Source: Phaeosaccion multiseriatum (Eukaryota > Protista > Ochrophyta, other classes). Taken from it: a stretch of DNA of 64,000 nt. Location: the NCBI GenBank assembly GCA_965112735.1, contig OZ218959.1, forward strand, positions 682,001-746,000, written 5' to 3'. Numbering within the stretch: the stretch's first letter is position 1; the number at the start of each line of letters is the position of its first letter. This document shows, piece by piece, positions 26,176 through 39,661 of this stretch. The notes beneath the pieces were generated by a model, which was not told the origin of the DNA, ran no database searches, and was given only the letters and a program-made list of their open reading frames with translations. A program made the position numbers and the translations under genes.

Positions 26176-29100
26176 TGGCCATTCTATCCCCAATGCTCTT
26201 CTCTCTTCTCTCTCATTGAGCCTCCACAGTCCTCCTCCTCCTCCTCCTCCTCCTCCTCCTCCTCCTCCTCCTCCTCCTCCTCCTCCTCCTCCTCCTCCTC
26301 CTCCTCCTCCTCCTCCTCCTCCTCCTCCTCCTCCTCCTCCTCCTCCTCCTCCTCCTCCTCCTCCTCCTCCTCCTCCTCCTCCTCCTCCTCCTCCTCCTCC
26401 TCCTCCTCCTCCTCCTCCTCCTCCTCCTCCTCCTCCTCCTCCTCCTCCTCCTCCTCCTCCTCCTCCTCCTCCTCCTCCTCCTCCTCCTCCTCCTCCTCCT
26501 CCTCCTCCTCCTCCTCCTCCTCCTCCTCCTCCTCCTCCTCCTCCTCCTCCTCCTCCTCCTCCTCCTCCTCCTCCTCCTCCTCCTCCTCCTCCTCCTCCTC
26601 CTCCTCCTCCTCCTCCTCCTCCTCCTCCTCCTCCTCCTCCTCCTCCTCCTCCTCCTCCTCCTCCTCCTCCTCCTGCTCCTCCTCCTCCTCCTCCTCCTCC
26701 TCGTCCTCCTCCTCCTCCTCCTCCTCCTCCTTCTTCTTCTTCTCCTCTTCCTCCTCCTCCTCCTCCTACTCCTTCTCCTCCTCCTCCTCCTGCTCCTCCT
26801 TTTCCTGCTCCTCCCCCTGCTGCTGCTCCTCCTGCGCCCGCTCCTCCTCCTTCTCCTCCTCCTTGTCCTCCTCCTCCTCCTGCCCTTGTCCTCCTCCTCC
26901 TCCTCCTCCTCCTCCTCCTCTCCTCCTCCTCCTCCTCCTCCTCCTCCTCCTCCTCCTCCTCCTCCTCCTCCTCCTCCTCCTCCTCCTCCTCCTCCTCCTC
27001 CTCCTCCTCCTCCTCCTCCTCCTCCTCCTCCTCCTCCTCCTCCTCCTCCTCCTCCTCCTCCTCCTCCTCCTCCTCCTCCTCCTCCTCCTCCTCCTCCTCC
27101 TCCTCCTCCTCCTCCTCCTCCTCCTCCTCCTCCTCCTCCTCCTCCTCCTCCTCCTCCTCCTCCTCCTCCTCCTCCTCCTCCTCCTCCTCCTCCTCCTCTT
27201 CTTCTCTCCTCCTCCTCCTCCTCCTCCTCCTACTCCTTCTCCTCCTCCTCCTCCTGCTCCTCCTTTTCCTGCTCCTCCCCCTGCTGCTGCTCCTCCTGCG
27301 CCCGCTCCTCCTCCTTCTCCTCCTCCTTGTCCTCCTCCTCCTCCTGCCCTTGTCCTCCTCCTCCTCCTCCTCCTCCTCCTGTTCCTCCTCCTCCTCCTCC
27401 TCCTCCTCCTCCTCCTCCTCCTCCTCCTCCTCCTTCTTCTCCTCCTCCTCCTCCTCCTCCTCCTCCTACTCTTTCCTCTCCTCCTCCTCAAACGGTTCCT
27501 CCTCCTGCTCCTCTTTCTCCTCCTCCTCTCCTCCTCCTCCTCCTCCTCCTCCTCCTCCTCCTCCTCCTCCTCCTCCTCCTCCTCCCCTCCTCCTCCTCCT
27601 CCTCCTCCTCCTCCTCCTCCTCCTCCTCCTCCTCCTCCTCCTCCTCCTCCTCCTCCTCCTCCTCCTCCTCCTCCTCCTCCTCCTCCTCCTCCTCCTCCTC
27701 CTCCTCCTCCTCCTCCTCCTCCTCCTCCTCCTCCTCCTCCTCCTCCTCCTCCTCCTCCTCCTCCTCCTCCTCCTCCTCCTCCTCCTCCTCCTCCTCCTCC
27801 TCCTCCTCCTCCTGCTCCTCCTCCTCCTCCTCCTCCTCCTCCTCCTCCTTCTCCTCCTCCTCCTCCTCCTGCTCCTCCTCCTCCTCCTCCTCCTCCTCGT
27901 CCTCCTCCTCCTCCTCCTCCTCCTCCTCCTTCTTCTTCTTCTCCTCTTCCTCCTCCTCCTCCTCCTACTCCTTCTCCTCCTCCTCCTCCTGCTCCTCCTT
28001 TTCCTGCTCCTCCCCCTGCTGCTGCTCCTCCTGCGCCCGCTCCTCCTCCTTCTCCTCCTCCTTGTCCTCCTCCTCCTCCTGCCCTTGTCCTCCTCCTCCT
28101 CCTCCTCCTCCTCCTCCTCCTGTTCCTCCTCCTCCTCCTCCTCCTCGTCCTCCTCCTCCTCCTCCTCCTCCTCCTTCTTCTTCTCCTCCTCCTCCTCCTC
28201 CTCCTCCTACTCTTTCCTCTCCTCCTCCTCAAACGGTTCCTCCTCCTGCTCCTCTTTCTCCTCCTCCTTCTCCTCCTCCTCCTCCTCCTCCTCCTCCTCC
28301 TCCTCCTCCTCCTCCTCCTCCTCCTCCTCCTCCTCTACCCCTCCTCGTCTACCCCTCCTCCTCCTCCTCCTCCTCCTCCTCCTCCTCCTCCTCCTCCTCC
28401 TCCTCCTCCTCCTCCTCCTCCTCCTCCTCCTCCTCCTCCTCCTCCTACTACTACTCCTCCTCCTCCTCCTCCTCCTCCTCCTCCTCCTCCTCCTCCTCCT
28501 CCTCCTCCTCCTCCTCCTCCTCCTCCTCCTCCTCCTCTACCCCTCCTCCTCTACCCCTCCTCCTCCTCCTCCTCCTCCTCCTCCTCCTCCTCCTCCTCCT
28601 CCTCCTCCTCCTCCTCCTCCTCCTCCTCCTCCTCCTCCTCCTCCTCCTCCTCCTCCTCCTCCTCCTCCTCCTCCTCCTCCTCCTCCTCCTCCTCCTCCTC
28701 CTCCTCCTCCTCCTCCTCCTCCTCCTCCTCCTCCTCCTCCTCTTCGTCGTCGTCGTCCTTCTCTCCCCCGTCCTCGTCGTCATTTTCTTCCTTTTCCCCC
28801 TCCTCCCCCTTATCCTCCTCCTCCCCCTCCTCCTCCTCCTCCTCCTCCTCCTCCTCCTCCTCCTCCTCCTCCTCCTCCTCCTCCTCCTCCTCCTCCTCCT
28901 CCTCCTCCTCCTCCTCCTCCTCCTCCTCCTCCTCCTCCTCCTCCTCCTCCTCCTCCTCCTCCTCCTCCTCCTCCTCCTCCTCCTCCTCCTCCTCCTCCTC
29001 CTCCGCCTCTTCTTCCTTCGTCTTCTTCTCCTCCTCCTCCTCCTCCTCCTCTCACGTTTCCTCCACCTCCTCCTCCTCTCCCTCCTCCTGCTCCTCCTCC

Positions 29101-32100
29101 TCTTCCTCCTCCTCCTGCTCTTCCTACACCTCCGCCTCCGCGTCGCCATTCTTCTCCTCCCCCTCCTCCTACGCCTCCTCGTCCTCCCCCCCCCCCTCCT
29201 CCTCCTCCTCCTCCTGCTGCTCTTCCTCCTCCTGTCCCTCCTCCTCCTTCTGCTGCGGGTCCTCCTCCTCCTCATCCTCCTCCTCCACCTCCTGCTGCTG
29301 CTGCTGCTACTCCTGCTCCTCCTCCTCCTCCTCCTCCTCCTCCTCCTACTCCTGCCCTCCTCCTCCTCCTTCTCTTCCTCCTCCTCCTCTTCCTCTCCTG
29401 CCCTTCTCCTGCCCTCCTCCTCCTCCACCTCCTCCTCCTCCTCCTCCCACTCCTCCTCCTTCTCCTGCTGCTCCTGAACGTCCACCTTGTTCTCTTCCTC
29501 CTCAGCGTCCCCTTTTTAAGCATTCTCCTTGTTCTCTTCCTCCACCACCTCCTCCTCTTCCTCCTCTTGCTCCGTTTCCTCCTTCTCCTCCTCGTCCTTC
29601 TCCTCCTCGTCCTCCTCCTCCTCCTCCTCCTCCTCCTCCTCCTCCTCCTCCTCCTCCTCCTCCTCCTCCTCCTCCTCCTCCCCCTCCCCCCCCTCCTCTC
29701 TCCTCCTCCTCCTCCTCCTCCTCCTCCTCCTCCTCCTCCTCCTCCTCCCCCTCCCCCTCCTCCACCACCCCCTCCTCCTCCTCCTCCTACCCTTCCTCTA
29801 CCCCTCCTCCTCCTCCTCCTCCTCCACCCCCTCCTCCTCCTCCTCCTCTACCCCTCCTCCTCCTCCTTGTCCTCCTCCTAATCCTCCTCCTCCTCCTCCT
29901 CCTCCTCCTCCTCCTCCTCCTCCTTCTCCTCCTCTCCCTTCGTCTTCTCGTCCTCCTCCTCCTCCTCCTCCTGTTCCTCCTCCTCCTCCTCCTCCTCCTC
30001 CTCCTCCTTCTCCTCCTTCTCCTCCTCCTCCTACTCTTTCCTCTCCTCCTCCTCAAACGGTTCCTCCTCCTGCTCCTCTTTCTCCTCCTCCTTCTCCTCC
30101 TCCTTCTCCTCCTCCTCCTCCTCTTCCTCCTCAAATGGTTCCTCCTCCTGCTCCTCCTCCTGCTCCTCCTGCTCCTCCTCCTCTCCCTACTCCTCCTCCT
30201 GCTCCTCCTCCTCTCCCTACTCCTCCTCTTCCTCCTCCTCCTCCTCCTCCTCCTCCTCCTTCTCACCTTCCTCCTCCTCCTTCTCTCCCTCCTCCTCCTC
30301 CTCCTCCTCCTCCTCCTCCTCCTGTTCCTCCTCCTTTTCCTCCTCCTCCTCCTCCTCCTCCTCCTCCTCCTCTTCGTCCTCCGCCTCCTCCACCTCTTCC
30401 TCCTCCTCCTCCTCCTCCTCCTCTTCGTCGTCGTCGTCCTTCTCTCCCTCCTTCTCTCCCCCGTCCTCGTCCTCATTTTCTTCCTTTTCCCCCTCCTCCC
30501 GCTTCTCCTCCTCTCCCTCCTCCCCTCCTCCTCCTTTTCCTCCTCCTCCTGCTCTTCCTACACCTCTGCCTCCGCGTCGTCATTCTCCTCCTCTCCCTCC
30601 ACCTCCGCCTCCTCGTCCTCCTCCCCCCCCTCCTCCTCCTCCTCCTCCTGCTGCTCTTCCTCCTCCTGTCCCTCCTCCTCCTCCTGCTGCTGGTCCTCCT
30701 CCTCCTCCTCCTCCTCCTCCTCCTTCTCTTCGTCGTCGTCGTCCTTCTCTCCCTCCTTTTCTCCCCCGTCCTCGTCCTCATTTTCTTCCTTTTCCCCCTC
30801 CTCCCGCTTCTCCTCCTCCTCCCCCTCCTCCTCCTCCTCCTCCTCTTCCTCCTCCGCCTCTTCTTCCTTCGTCTTCTTCTCCTCCTCCTCCTCCTCTCAC
30901 GTTTCCTCCACCTCCTCCTCCTCTCCCTCCTCCTGCTCCTCCTCGTTTTCCTCCTCCTCCTGCTCTTCTTACATCTCCGCCTCCGCGTCGTCATTCTCCT
31001 CCTCCCCCTCCTCCTACGCCTCCTCGTCCTCCTCCCCCCCCTCCTCCTCCTCCTCCTCCTCCTCCTGCTGCTCTTCCTCCTCCTATCCCTCCTCCTCCTC
31101 CTGCTGCGGGTCCTCCTCCTCCTCATCCTCCTCCTCCCCCTCCTGCTGCTGCTGCTACTCCTCCTCCTCCTCCTCCTCCTCCTCCTCCTCCTCCTCCTCT
31201 TCCTCCTCCTCCTCCTCCTCCTCCTCCTCCTCCTACTCCTGCCCTTCTCCTCCTCCTTCTCTTCCTCCTCCTCCTCTTCCTCTCCTGCCCTTCTCCTGCC
31301 CTCCTCCTCCTCCACCTCCTCCTTCTCCTCGTCCCCCTCCTCCTCCTTCTCCTGCTGCTCCTGAACGTCCTCCTTGTTCTCTTCCTCCTCCGCGTCCCCT
31401 TTTTAAGCATTCTCCTTGTTCTCTTCCTCCACCACCTCCTGCTCTTCCTCCTCTTGCTCCGTTTCCTCCTTCTCCTCCTCGTCCTTCTCCTCCTCCTCGT
31501 TCTCCTCCTCCTTCTCCTCCCCCTCCTCCCCCTCCCCCCCCTCCTCCTCCTCCTCCTCCTCCTCCTCCTCCTCCTCCTCCTCCTCCTCCTCCTCCTCCCC
31601 CTCCCCCTCCTCCACCACCCCCTCCTCCTCCTCCTCCTCCTCTACCCCTCCTCCTCCTCCTTGTCCTCCTCCTCCTAATCCTCCTCCTCCTCCTCCTAAT
31701 CCTCCTCCTCCTCCTCCTCCTCCTCCTCTCCCTTCGTCTTCTCGTCCTCCTCGTCCTCCTCCTCCTCCTGTTCCTCCTCCTCCTCCTCCTCCTCCTCCTC
31801 CTCCGCCTTCTTCTTCTTCTTCTTCTTCTCCTCCTCCTCCTCCTCCTCCTACTCTTTCCTCTCCTCCTCCTCAAACGGTTCCTCCTCCTGCTCCTCTTTC
31901 TCCTCCTCCTTGTCCTCCTCCTTGTCCTCCTCCTCCTCCTCTTCCTCCTCCTGCTCCTCCTGCTCCTCCTCCTCCTCCCCCTCCTCCTCCCTCTCCTCCT
32001 GCTCCTCCTGCTCCTCCTCCTCTCCCTACTCCTCCCACTCCTCCTCCTCCTCCTCCTCCTCCTCCTCCTCCTCCTCCTCCCCCTCCTCCTCCTCCTCCTC

Positions 32101-35100
32101 CTCCTCCTCCTCCTCCTCCTCCTCCTCCTCCTGTTCCTCCTCCTCCTCCTCCTCCTCCTCCTCCTCCTCCACCTCTTCCTCCTCCTCCTCCTCCTCCTCC
32201 TCCTCCTCCTCCTAATCCTCCTCCTCCTCCTCCTAATCCTCCTCCTCCTCCTCCTCCTCCCCCTCCTCCTCCTCCTCCACCCCCTCCTCCTCCTCCTCTA
32301 CCCCTCCTCCTCCTCCTTGTCCTCCTCCTCCAAATCCTCCTCCTCCTCCTCCTCCTCCTCCTCCTCTCCCTTCGTCTTCTCGTCCTCCTCCTCCTCCTCC
32401 TCCTCCTCCTCCTCCTGTTCCTCCTCCTCCTCCTCCTCCTCCTCGTCCTCCTCCTCCTCCTCCTTCTCCTTCTTCTTCTCCTCCTCCTCCTCCTCCTCCT
32501 CCTACTCTTTCCTCTCCTCCTCCTCAAACGGTTCCTCCTCCTGCTCCTCTTTCTCCTCCTCCTTCTCCTCCTTCTTGTCCTCCTCCTCCTGCTCTTCCTC
32601 CTCCTGCTCCTCCTGCTCCTCCTCCTCCTCCCCCTCCTCCTCCCTCTCCTCCTGCTCCTCCTGCTCCTCCTCCTCCTCCCCATCCTCCTCCCTCTCCTCC
32701 TGCTTCTCCTGCTCCTCCTCCTCTCCCTACTCCTCCCCCTCCTCCTCCTCCTCCTCCTCCTCCTCCTCCTCCTCCCCCTCCTCCTCCTCCTTCTCTCCCT
32801 CCTCCTCCTCCTCCTCCTCCCCCTCCTCCTGTTCCTCCTCCTCCTCCTCCTCCTCCTCCTGCTCCTCCTCCTCCTCCTCCTCCACCTCTTCCTCCTCCTC
32901 CTCCTCCTCCTCCTCCTCCTCCTCCTCCCCCTCCCCTTCGTCGTCGTCGTCCTTCTCTCCCTCCTTCTCTCCCCGGTCCTCGTCCTCATTTTCTTCCTTT
33001 TCCCGCTCCTCCCGCTTCTCCTCCTCCTTCTCCTCCTCCTCCTCCTCTTCTTCTTCCTCCTCCGCCTCTTCTTCCTTCGTCTTCTTCTCCCCCTCCTCCT
33101 TCTCTCACGTTTCCTCCTGCTCCTCCTGCTCTCCCTCCTCCTGCTCCTCCTCCTCTTCCTCCTCCTCCTGCTCTTCCTACACCTTTGCCTCCGCGTCGTC
33201 AATCTCCTCCTCCCCCTCCACCTCCGCCTCCTCGTCCTCCTCCCCCTCCTCCTCCATCTCCTCCTTCTGCTGCTCTTCCTCCTCCTGTCCCTCCTCCTCC
33301 TCCTGCTGCTGGTCCTCCTCCTCCTCCTCCTCCTCCTCCTCCTCCTCCTCCTCCTCCTCCTCCTCCTCCTCCTCCTCCTCCTCCTCCTCCTCCTCCTCCT
33401 CCTTCACCTCCTCCTCCTCCTTCACCTCCTCCTCCTCCTCCTCCTCCTCCTCCTCCTTCTGCCCTTCTCCTCCTCCTCCTCCTCCTCCTCCTGCTCCTCC
33501 TCCACCTCTTCATCCTCCTCCTCCTCCTCCTCCTCCTCCTCCTCCTCCTCCTCCTCCTCCTCCTCTTCGTCGTCGTCGTCCTTCTCTCCTTCCATCTCTC
33601 CCCCGTCCATCCTCATTTTCTTCCTTTTCCCCCTCCTCCCGCTTCTCCTCCTCTCCCTCCTCCTCCTCCTCCTCCTCCTCCTCCTCCTCCTCCTCCTCCT
33701 CCTCTTCCTCCTCCGCCTCTTCTTCCTTCGTCTTCATCTCCTCCTCCTCCTCTCACGTTTCCTCCACCTCCTCCTCCTCTCCCTCCTCCTGCTCCTCCTC
33801 CTTTTCCTCCTCCTCCTGCTCTTCCTACACCTCTGCCTCCGCGTCGTCATTCTCCTCCTCTCCCTCCACCTCCGCCTCCTCGTCCTCCTCCCCCCCCTCC
33901 TCCTCCTCCTCCTCCTGCTGCTCTTCCTCCTCCTGTCCCTCCTCCTCCTCCTGCTGCTGGTCCTCCTCCTCCTCCTCCTCCTCCTCCTCTTCGTCGTCGT
34001 CGTCCTTCTCTCCCTCCTTCTCTCCCCTCCTCCTCCTCTTCCTCCTCCGCCTCTTCTTCCTTCGTCTTCTTCTCCTCCTCCTCCTCCTCTCACGTTTCCT
34101 CCACCTCCTCCTCCTCTCCCTCCTCCTCCTCCTCCTCTCACGTTTCCTCCACCTCCTCCTCCTCTCCCTCCTCCTGCTCCTCCTCCTTTTCCTCCTCCTC
34201 CTCCTGCTCTTCCTACACCTCCTCCTCCTCCTCCTCCTCCTCCTCCTCCTTTTCCTCCTCCTCCTGCTCTTCCTCCTCCTCCTCCTCCTCCTCCTCCTCC
34301 TCCTGCTCCTCCTCCTCCTCCTGCTCCTCCTCCTCCTCCTCCTCCTCCTCCTCCTCTTCGTCGTCGTCGTCCTTCTCTCCCTCCTTCTCTCCCCCGTCCT
34401 CGTCCTCATTTTCTTCCTTTTCCCCCTCCTCCCGCTTCTCCTCCTCTCCCTCCTCCTCCTCCTCCTCCTCCTCCTCCTCTTCCTCCTCCGCCTCTTCTTC
34501 CTTCGTCTTCTTCTCCTCCTCCTCCTCCTCTCACGTTTCCTCCACCTCCTCCTCCTCTCCCTCCTCCTGCTCCTCCTCCTTTTCCTCCTCCTCCTGCTCT
34601 TCCTACACCTCTGCCTCCGCGTCGTCATTCTCCTCCTCCCCCTCCACCTCCGCCTCCTCCTCCTCCTCCCCCCCCTCCTCCTCCTCCTCCTTCTGCTGCT
34701 CTTCCTCCTCCTGTCCCTCCTCCTCCTCCTGCTGCTGGTCCTCCTCCTCATCCTCCTCCTCCTCCTCCTCTTCGTCGTCGTCGTCCTTCTCTCCCTCCTT
34801 CTCTCCCCCGTCCTCGTCCTCATTTTCTTCCGTTTCCCCCTCCTCCCGCTTCTCCTCCTCCTCCTCTTCCTCCTCCTCCTCCTCTTCCTCCTCCGCCTCT
34901 TCTTCTTTCGTCTTCTTCTCCTCCTCCTCCTCCTCTCACGTTTCCTCCACCTCCTCCTCCTCTCCCTCCTCCTGCTCCTCCTCCTCTTCCTCCTCCTCCT
35001 GCTCCTCCTCCTCCTCCTCCTCCTCCTCCTCCTCCTCCTCCCCCTCCTCCTCCTCCTCCTCCTCCTCCTCCTCCTCCCCCTCCTCCTCCTCCTCCTCCTC

Positions 35101-38100
35101 CTCCTCCTCCTCCTCCTCCTTGTCCTCCTCCTCCTCCTCCTCCTCCTCCTCCTCTTCGTCGTCGTCGGCCTTCTCTCCCTCCTTCTCTCCCCCGTCCTCG
35201 TCCTCATTTTCTTCCCTTTCCCCCTCCTCCCGCTTCTCCTCCTCCTCCCCCTCCTCCTCCTCCTCCTCCTCCTCCTCCTCTTCGTCGTCGTGGTCCTTCT
35301 CTCCCTCCTTCTCTCCCCCGTCCTCGTCCTCATTTTCTTCCTTTTCCCCCTCCTCCCGCTTCTCCTCCTCCTCCTCCTCCTCCTCCTCCTCCTCCTCCTC
35401 CTTTTCCTCCTCTTCGTCGTCGTCGTCCTTCTCTCCCTCCTTCTCTCCCTCCTTCTCTCCCCCGTCCTCGTCCTCATTTTCTTCCTTTTCCCCCTCCTCC
35501 CGCTTCTCCTCCTCCTCCCCCTCCTCCTCCTCCTCCTCCTCCTCCTCCTCCTCCTATTCCTCCTCCGCCTCCTCCTCCTCCTCCTCCTCCTCCTCCTCCT
35601 CCTCCTGCTCCTCCTCCTCCTCCTGCTCCTCCTCCTGGTCCTCCTCCTCCTCCTCCTCCTCCTCCTCTTCGTCGTCGTCGTCCTTCTCTCCCTCCTTCTC
35701 TCCCCCGTCCTCGTCCTCATTTTCTTCCTTTTCCCCCTCCTCCCGCTTCTCCTCCTCCTCCCCCTCCTCCTCCTCCTCCTCTTCCTCCTCCGCCTCTTCT
35801 TCCTTCGTCTTCTTCTCCTCCTCCTCCTCCTCTCACGTTTCCTCCACCTCCTCCTCTCCCTCCTCCTGCTCCTCCTCCTTTTCCTCCTCCTCCTGCTCTT
35901 CCTACACCTCCTCCTCCTCCTCCTCCTCCTCCTCCTCCTCCCTTTCCTCCTCCTGCTGCTCCTCCTCCTCCTCTCCTCCTCCTCCTCCTCCTCCTCCTCC
36001 TCCTCCTCCTCCTCCTCCTCCTCCTCCTCCTCCTCCTCCTCCTCCTCCTCCTCCTCCTCCTCCTCCTCCTCCTCCTCCTCCTCCTCCTCCTCCTCCCCCT
36101 CCTCCTCCTCCTCCTCCTCCTCCTCCTCCTCCTCCTCCTCCTCCTCCTCCTCCTCCTCCTCCTCCTCCTCCTCCTCTTCGTCGTCGTGGTCCTTCTGTCC
36201 CTCCTTCTCTCCCCCGTCCTCGTCCTCATTTTCTTCCTTTTCCCCCTCCTCCCGCTTCTCCTCCTCCTCCCCCTCCTCCTCCTCCTCCTCCTCCTCCTCC
36301 TCCTCTTCGTCGTCGTCGTCCTTCTCTCCCTCCTTCTCTCCCCCGTCCTCGTCCTCATTTTCTTCCTTTTCCCCCTCCTCCCGCTTCTCCTCCTCCTCCT
36401 CCTCCTCCTCCTCCTCCTCTTCCTCCTCCGCCTCTTCTTCCTTCGTCTTCTTCTCCTCCTCCTCCTCCTCCTCTCACTTTTCCTCCACCTCCTCCTCCTC
36501 TCCCTCCTCCTGCTCCTCCTCCTCTTCCTCCTCCTCCTGCTCTTCCTACACCTCCGCCTCCGCGTCGTCATTCTCCTCTTCCCCCTCTTCCTCCTACGCC
36601 TCCTCGTCCTCCTCCCCCCCCTCCTCCTCCTCCTCCTGCTGCTCTTCCTCCTCCTGTCCCTCCTCCTCCTCCTGCTGCGGGTCCTCCTCCTCCTCATCCT
36701 CCTCCTCGACCTCCTGCTGCTGCTGCTACTCCTGCTCCTGCTCCTCCTCCTCCTCCTCCTCCTCCTACTCCTCCTCCTACTCCTGCCCTTCTCCTCCTCC
36801 TTCTCTTCCTCCTCCTCCTCTTCCTCTCCTGCCCTTCTCCTGCCCTCCTCCTCCTTCACCTCCTCCTCCTCCTCCTCCCACTCCTCCTCCTTCTCCTGCT
36901 GCTCCTGAACGTCCTCCTTGTTCTCTTCCTCCTCAGCGTCCCCTTTTTAAGCATTCTCCTTATTCTCTTCCTCCACCACCTCCTCCTCTTCCTCCTCTTG
37001 CTCCGTTTCCTCCTTCTCCTCCTCGTCCTTCTCCTCCTCGTCCTCCTCCTCCTCGTCATTCTCCTCCTCCGCCTCCTCGTCCAACTCCCCCTCCTCCCCC
37101 TCCCCCCCCTCCTCTCTCCTCCTCCTCCTCCTCCTCCTCCTCCTCCTCCTCCTCCTCCTCCTCCTCCTCCTCCTCCTCCTCCTCCTCCTCCTCCTCCTCC
37201 TCCTCCTCCTCCTCCTCCTCCTCCTCCTCCTCCTCCTCCTCCCCCTCCTCCTCCTCCTCCTCCTCCTCCTCCTCCTCCTCCTCCTCCTCCTCTTCGTCGT
37301 CGTCGTCCTTCTCTCCCTCCTTCTCTCCCCCGTCCTCGTCCTCATTTTCTTCCTTTCCCCCCTCCTCCCGCTTCTCCTCCTCCTCCCCCTCCTCCTCCTC
37401 CTCCTCCTCCTCCTCCTCCTCCTCTTCGTCGTCGTCGTCCTTCTCTCCCTCCTTCTCTCCCCCGTCCTCGTCCTCATTTTCTTCCTTTTCCCCCTCCTCC
37501 CGCTTCTCCTCCTCCTCCTCCTCCTCCTCCTCCTCTTCCACCTCCGCCTCTTCTTCCTTCGTCTTCTTCTCCTCCTCCTCCTCCTCCTCCTCTCACTTTT
37601 CCTCCACCTCCTCCTCCTCTCCCTCCTCCTGCTCCTCCTCCTCTTCCTCCTCCTCCTGCTCTTCCTACACCTCCGCCTCCGCGTCGTCATTCTCCTCTTC
37701 CCCCTCCTCCTCCTACGCCTCCTCGTCCTCCTCCCCCCCCTCCTCCTCCTCCTCCTCCTGCTGCTCTTCCTCCCCCTGTCCCTCCTCCTCCTCCTGCTGC
37801 GGGTCCTCCTCCTCCTCATCCTCCTCCTCGACCTCCTGCTGCTGCTGCTACTCCTGCTCCTGCTCCTCCTCCTCCTCCTCCTCCTCCTACTCCTGCCCTT
37901 CTCCTCCTCCTTCTCTTCCTCCTCCTCCTCTTCCTCTCCTGCCCTTCTCCTGCCCTCCTCCTCCTCCACCTCCTCCTCCTCCTCCTCCCACTCCTCCTCC
38001 TTCTCCTGCTGCTCCTGAACGTCCTCCTTGCTCTCTTCCTCCTCAGCGTCCCCTTTTTAAGCATTGTCCTTATTCTCTTCCTCCACCACCTCCTGCTCTT

Positions 38101-39425
38101 CCTCCTCTTGCTCCGTTTCCTCCTTCTCCTCCTCGTCCTTCTCCTCCTCGTCCTCCTCCTCCTCGTCATTCTCCTCTTCCTCCTCCTCGTCCTACTCCCC
38201 CTCCTCCCCGTCCCCCCCCTCCTCTCTCCTCCTCCTCCTCCTCCTCCTCCTCCTCCTCCTCCTCCTCCTCCTCCTCCTCCTCCTCCTCCTCCTCCTCATC
38301 CTCCTCCTCCTCCTCCTCCACCTCCTCCTGCTCCTCCTCCTCCTCCTCCTCCTCCTCCTCCCCCTCCTCCTCCTCCCCCTCCTCCTCCTCCTCCTCCTCC
38401 TCCTCCTCCTCCTCCCCCTCCTCCTCCTCTTCCTCCTCCTCCTCCTCCTCCTCCTCCTCCTCCTCCTCCTCCTCCTCTTCGTCGTCGTCGTCCTTCTCTC
38501 CCTCCTTCTCTCCCCCGTCCTCGTCCTCATTTTCTTCCTTTCCCCCCTCCTCCCGCTTCTCCTCCTCCTCCCCCTCCTCCTCCTCCTCCTACTCCTCCTC
38601 CTCTTCGTCGTCGTCGTCCTTCTCTCCCTCCTTCTCTCCCTCCTTCTCTCCCCCGTCCTCGTCCTCATTTTCTTCCATTTCCCCCTCCTCCCGCTTCTCC
38701 TCCTCCTCCCCCTCCTCCTCCTCCTCCTCCTCCTCCTCCTCCTCCTCTTCCTCCTCCGCCTCTTCTTCCTTCGTCTTCTTCTCCTCCTTCTCCTCCTCCT
38801 CTCACATCTCCTCCTCCTCCTCCTCCTCTCCCTCCTCCTGCTCCTCCTCCTCTTCCTCCTCCTCCTGCTCTTCCTGCACCTCCGCCTCCGCGTCGTCATT
38901 CTCCTCCTCCCCCTCCTCCTACGCCTCCTCGTCCTCCTCCCCCCCCTCCTCCTCCTCCTCTTCCTGCTGCTCTTCCTCCTCCTGTCCCTCCTCCTCATCC
39001 TGCTGCGGGTCCTCCTCCTCCTCATCCTCCTCCTCCACCTCCTGCTGCTGCTGCTACTCCTGCTCCTCCTCCTCCTCCTCCTCCTCCTCCTACTCCTGCC
39101 ATTCTCCTCCTCCTTCTCTTCCTCCTCCTCCTCTTCCTCTCCTGCCCTTCTCCTGCCCTCCTCCTCCTCCACCTCCTCCTTCTCCTCCTCCCCCTACTCC
39201 TCCTTCTCCTCCTCCTCCTCCTCCTCCTCCTCCTCCTCCTCCTCCTCCTCCTCCTCCTCCTCCTCCTCCTCCTCCTCCTCCTTCTCCTCCTCCCCCTCCT
39301 CCTCCTCCACCACCCCCTCCTCCTCCTCCTCTACCCCTCCTCCTCCTCCTCCTCCTCCCCCTCCTCCTCCTCCACCCCCTCCTCCTCCTCCTCCTCTACC
39401 CCTCCTCTTCCTCCTTGTCCTCCTC

Positions 39426-39661
39426 TGTGCTAAGCTGACGTAGAAAAGCTTAAGGGGTTTGGACCAAGTATTCGCCGCGCCTCTGGTGGGGCGTCGGTGT
39501 CCGTATTAAGTCTTTACTACTCACTTAGAGCTTGCAAGAAAAAGAGTGCTCTCCACACGCTTTCTATCTATCCCCCCTGGGTCAGGGGTGTCCATGAAGG
39601 TTACACTCATATTTCTGTGACCCCTGAATGTATGACCAACACTTTATAGGACAATAGCACA
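39426..39661. mobile_element. Solo LTR (236 bp) inserted in the TCC satellite
   Basis: TGTGCTA...TAGCACA terminal inverted repeat and a 4-bp TSD CCTC. Removing it restores ttgtcctcctcctaat, which is seen intact near 29867 and 41487. Confidence 0.88.
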
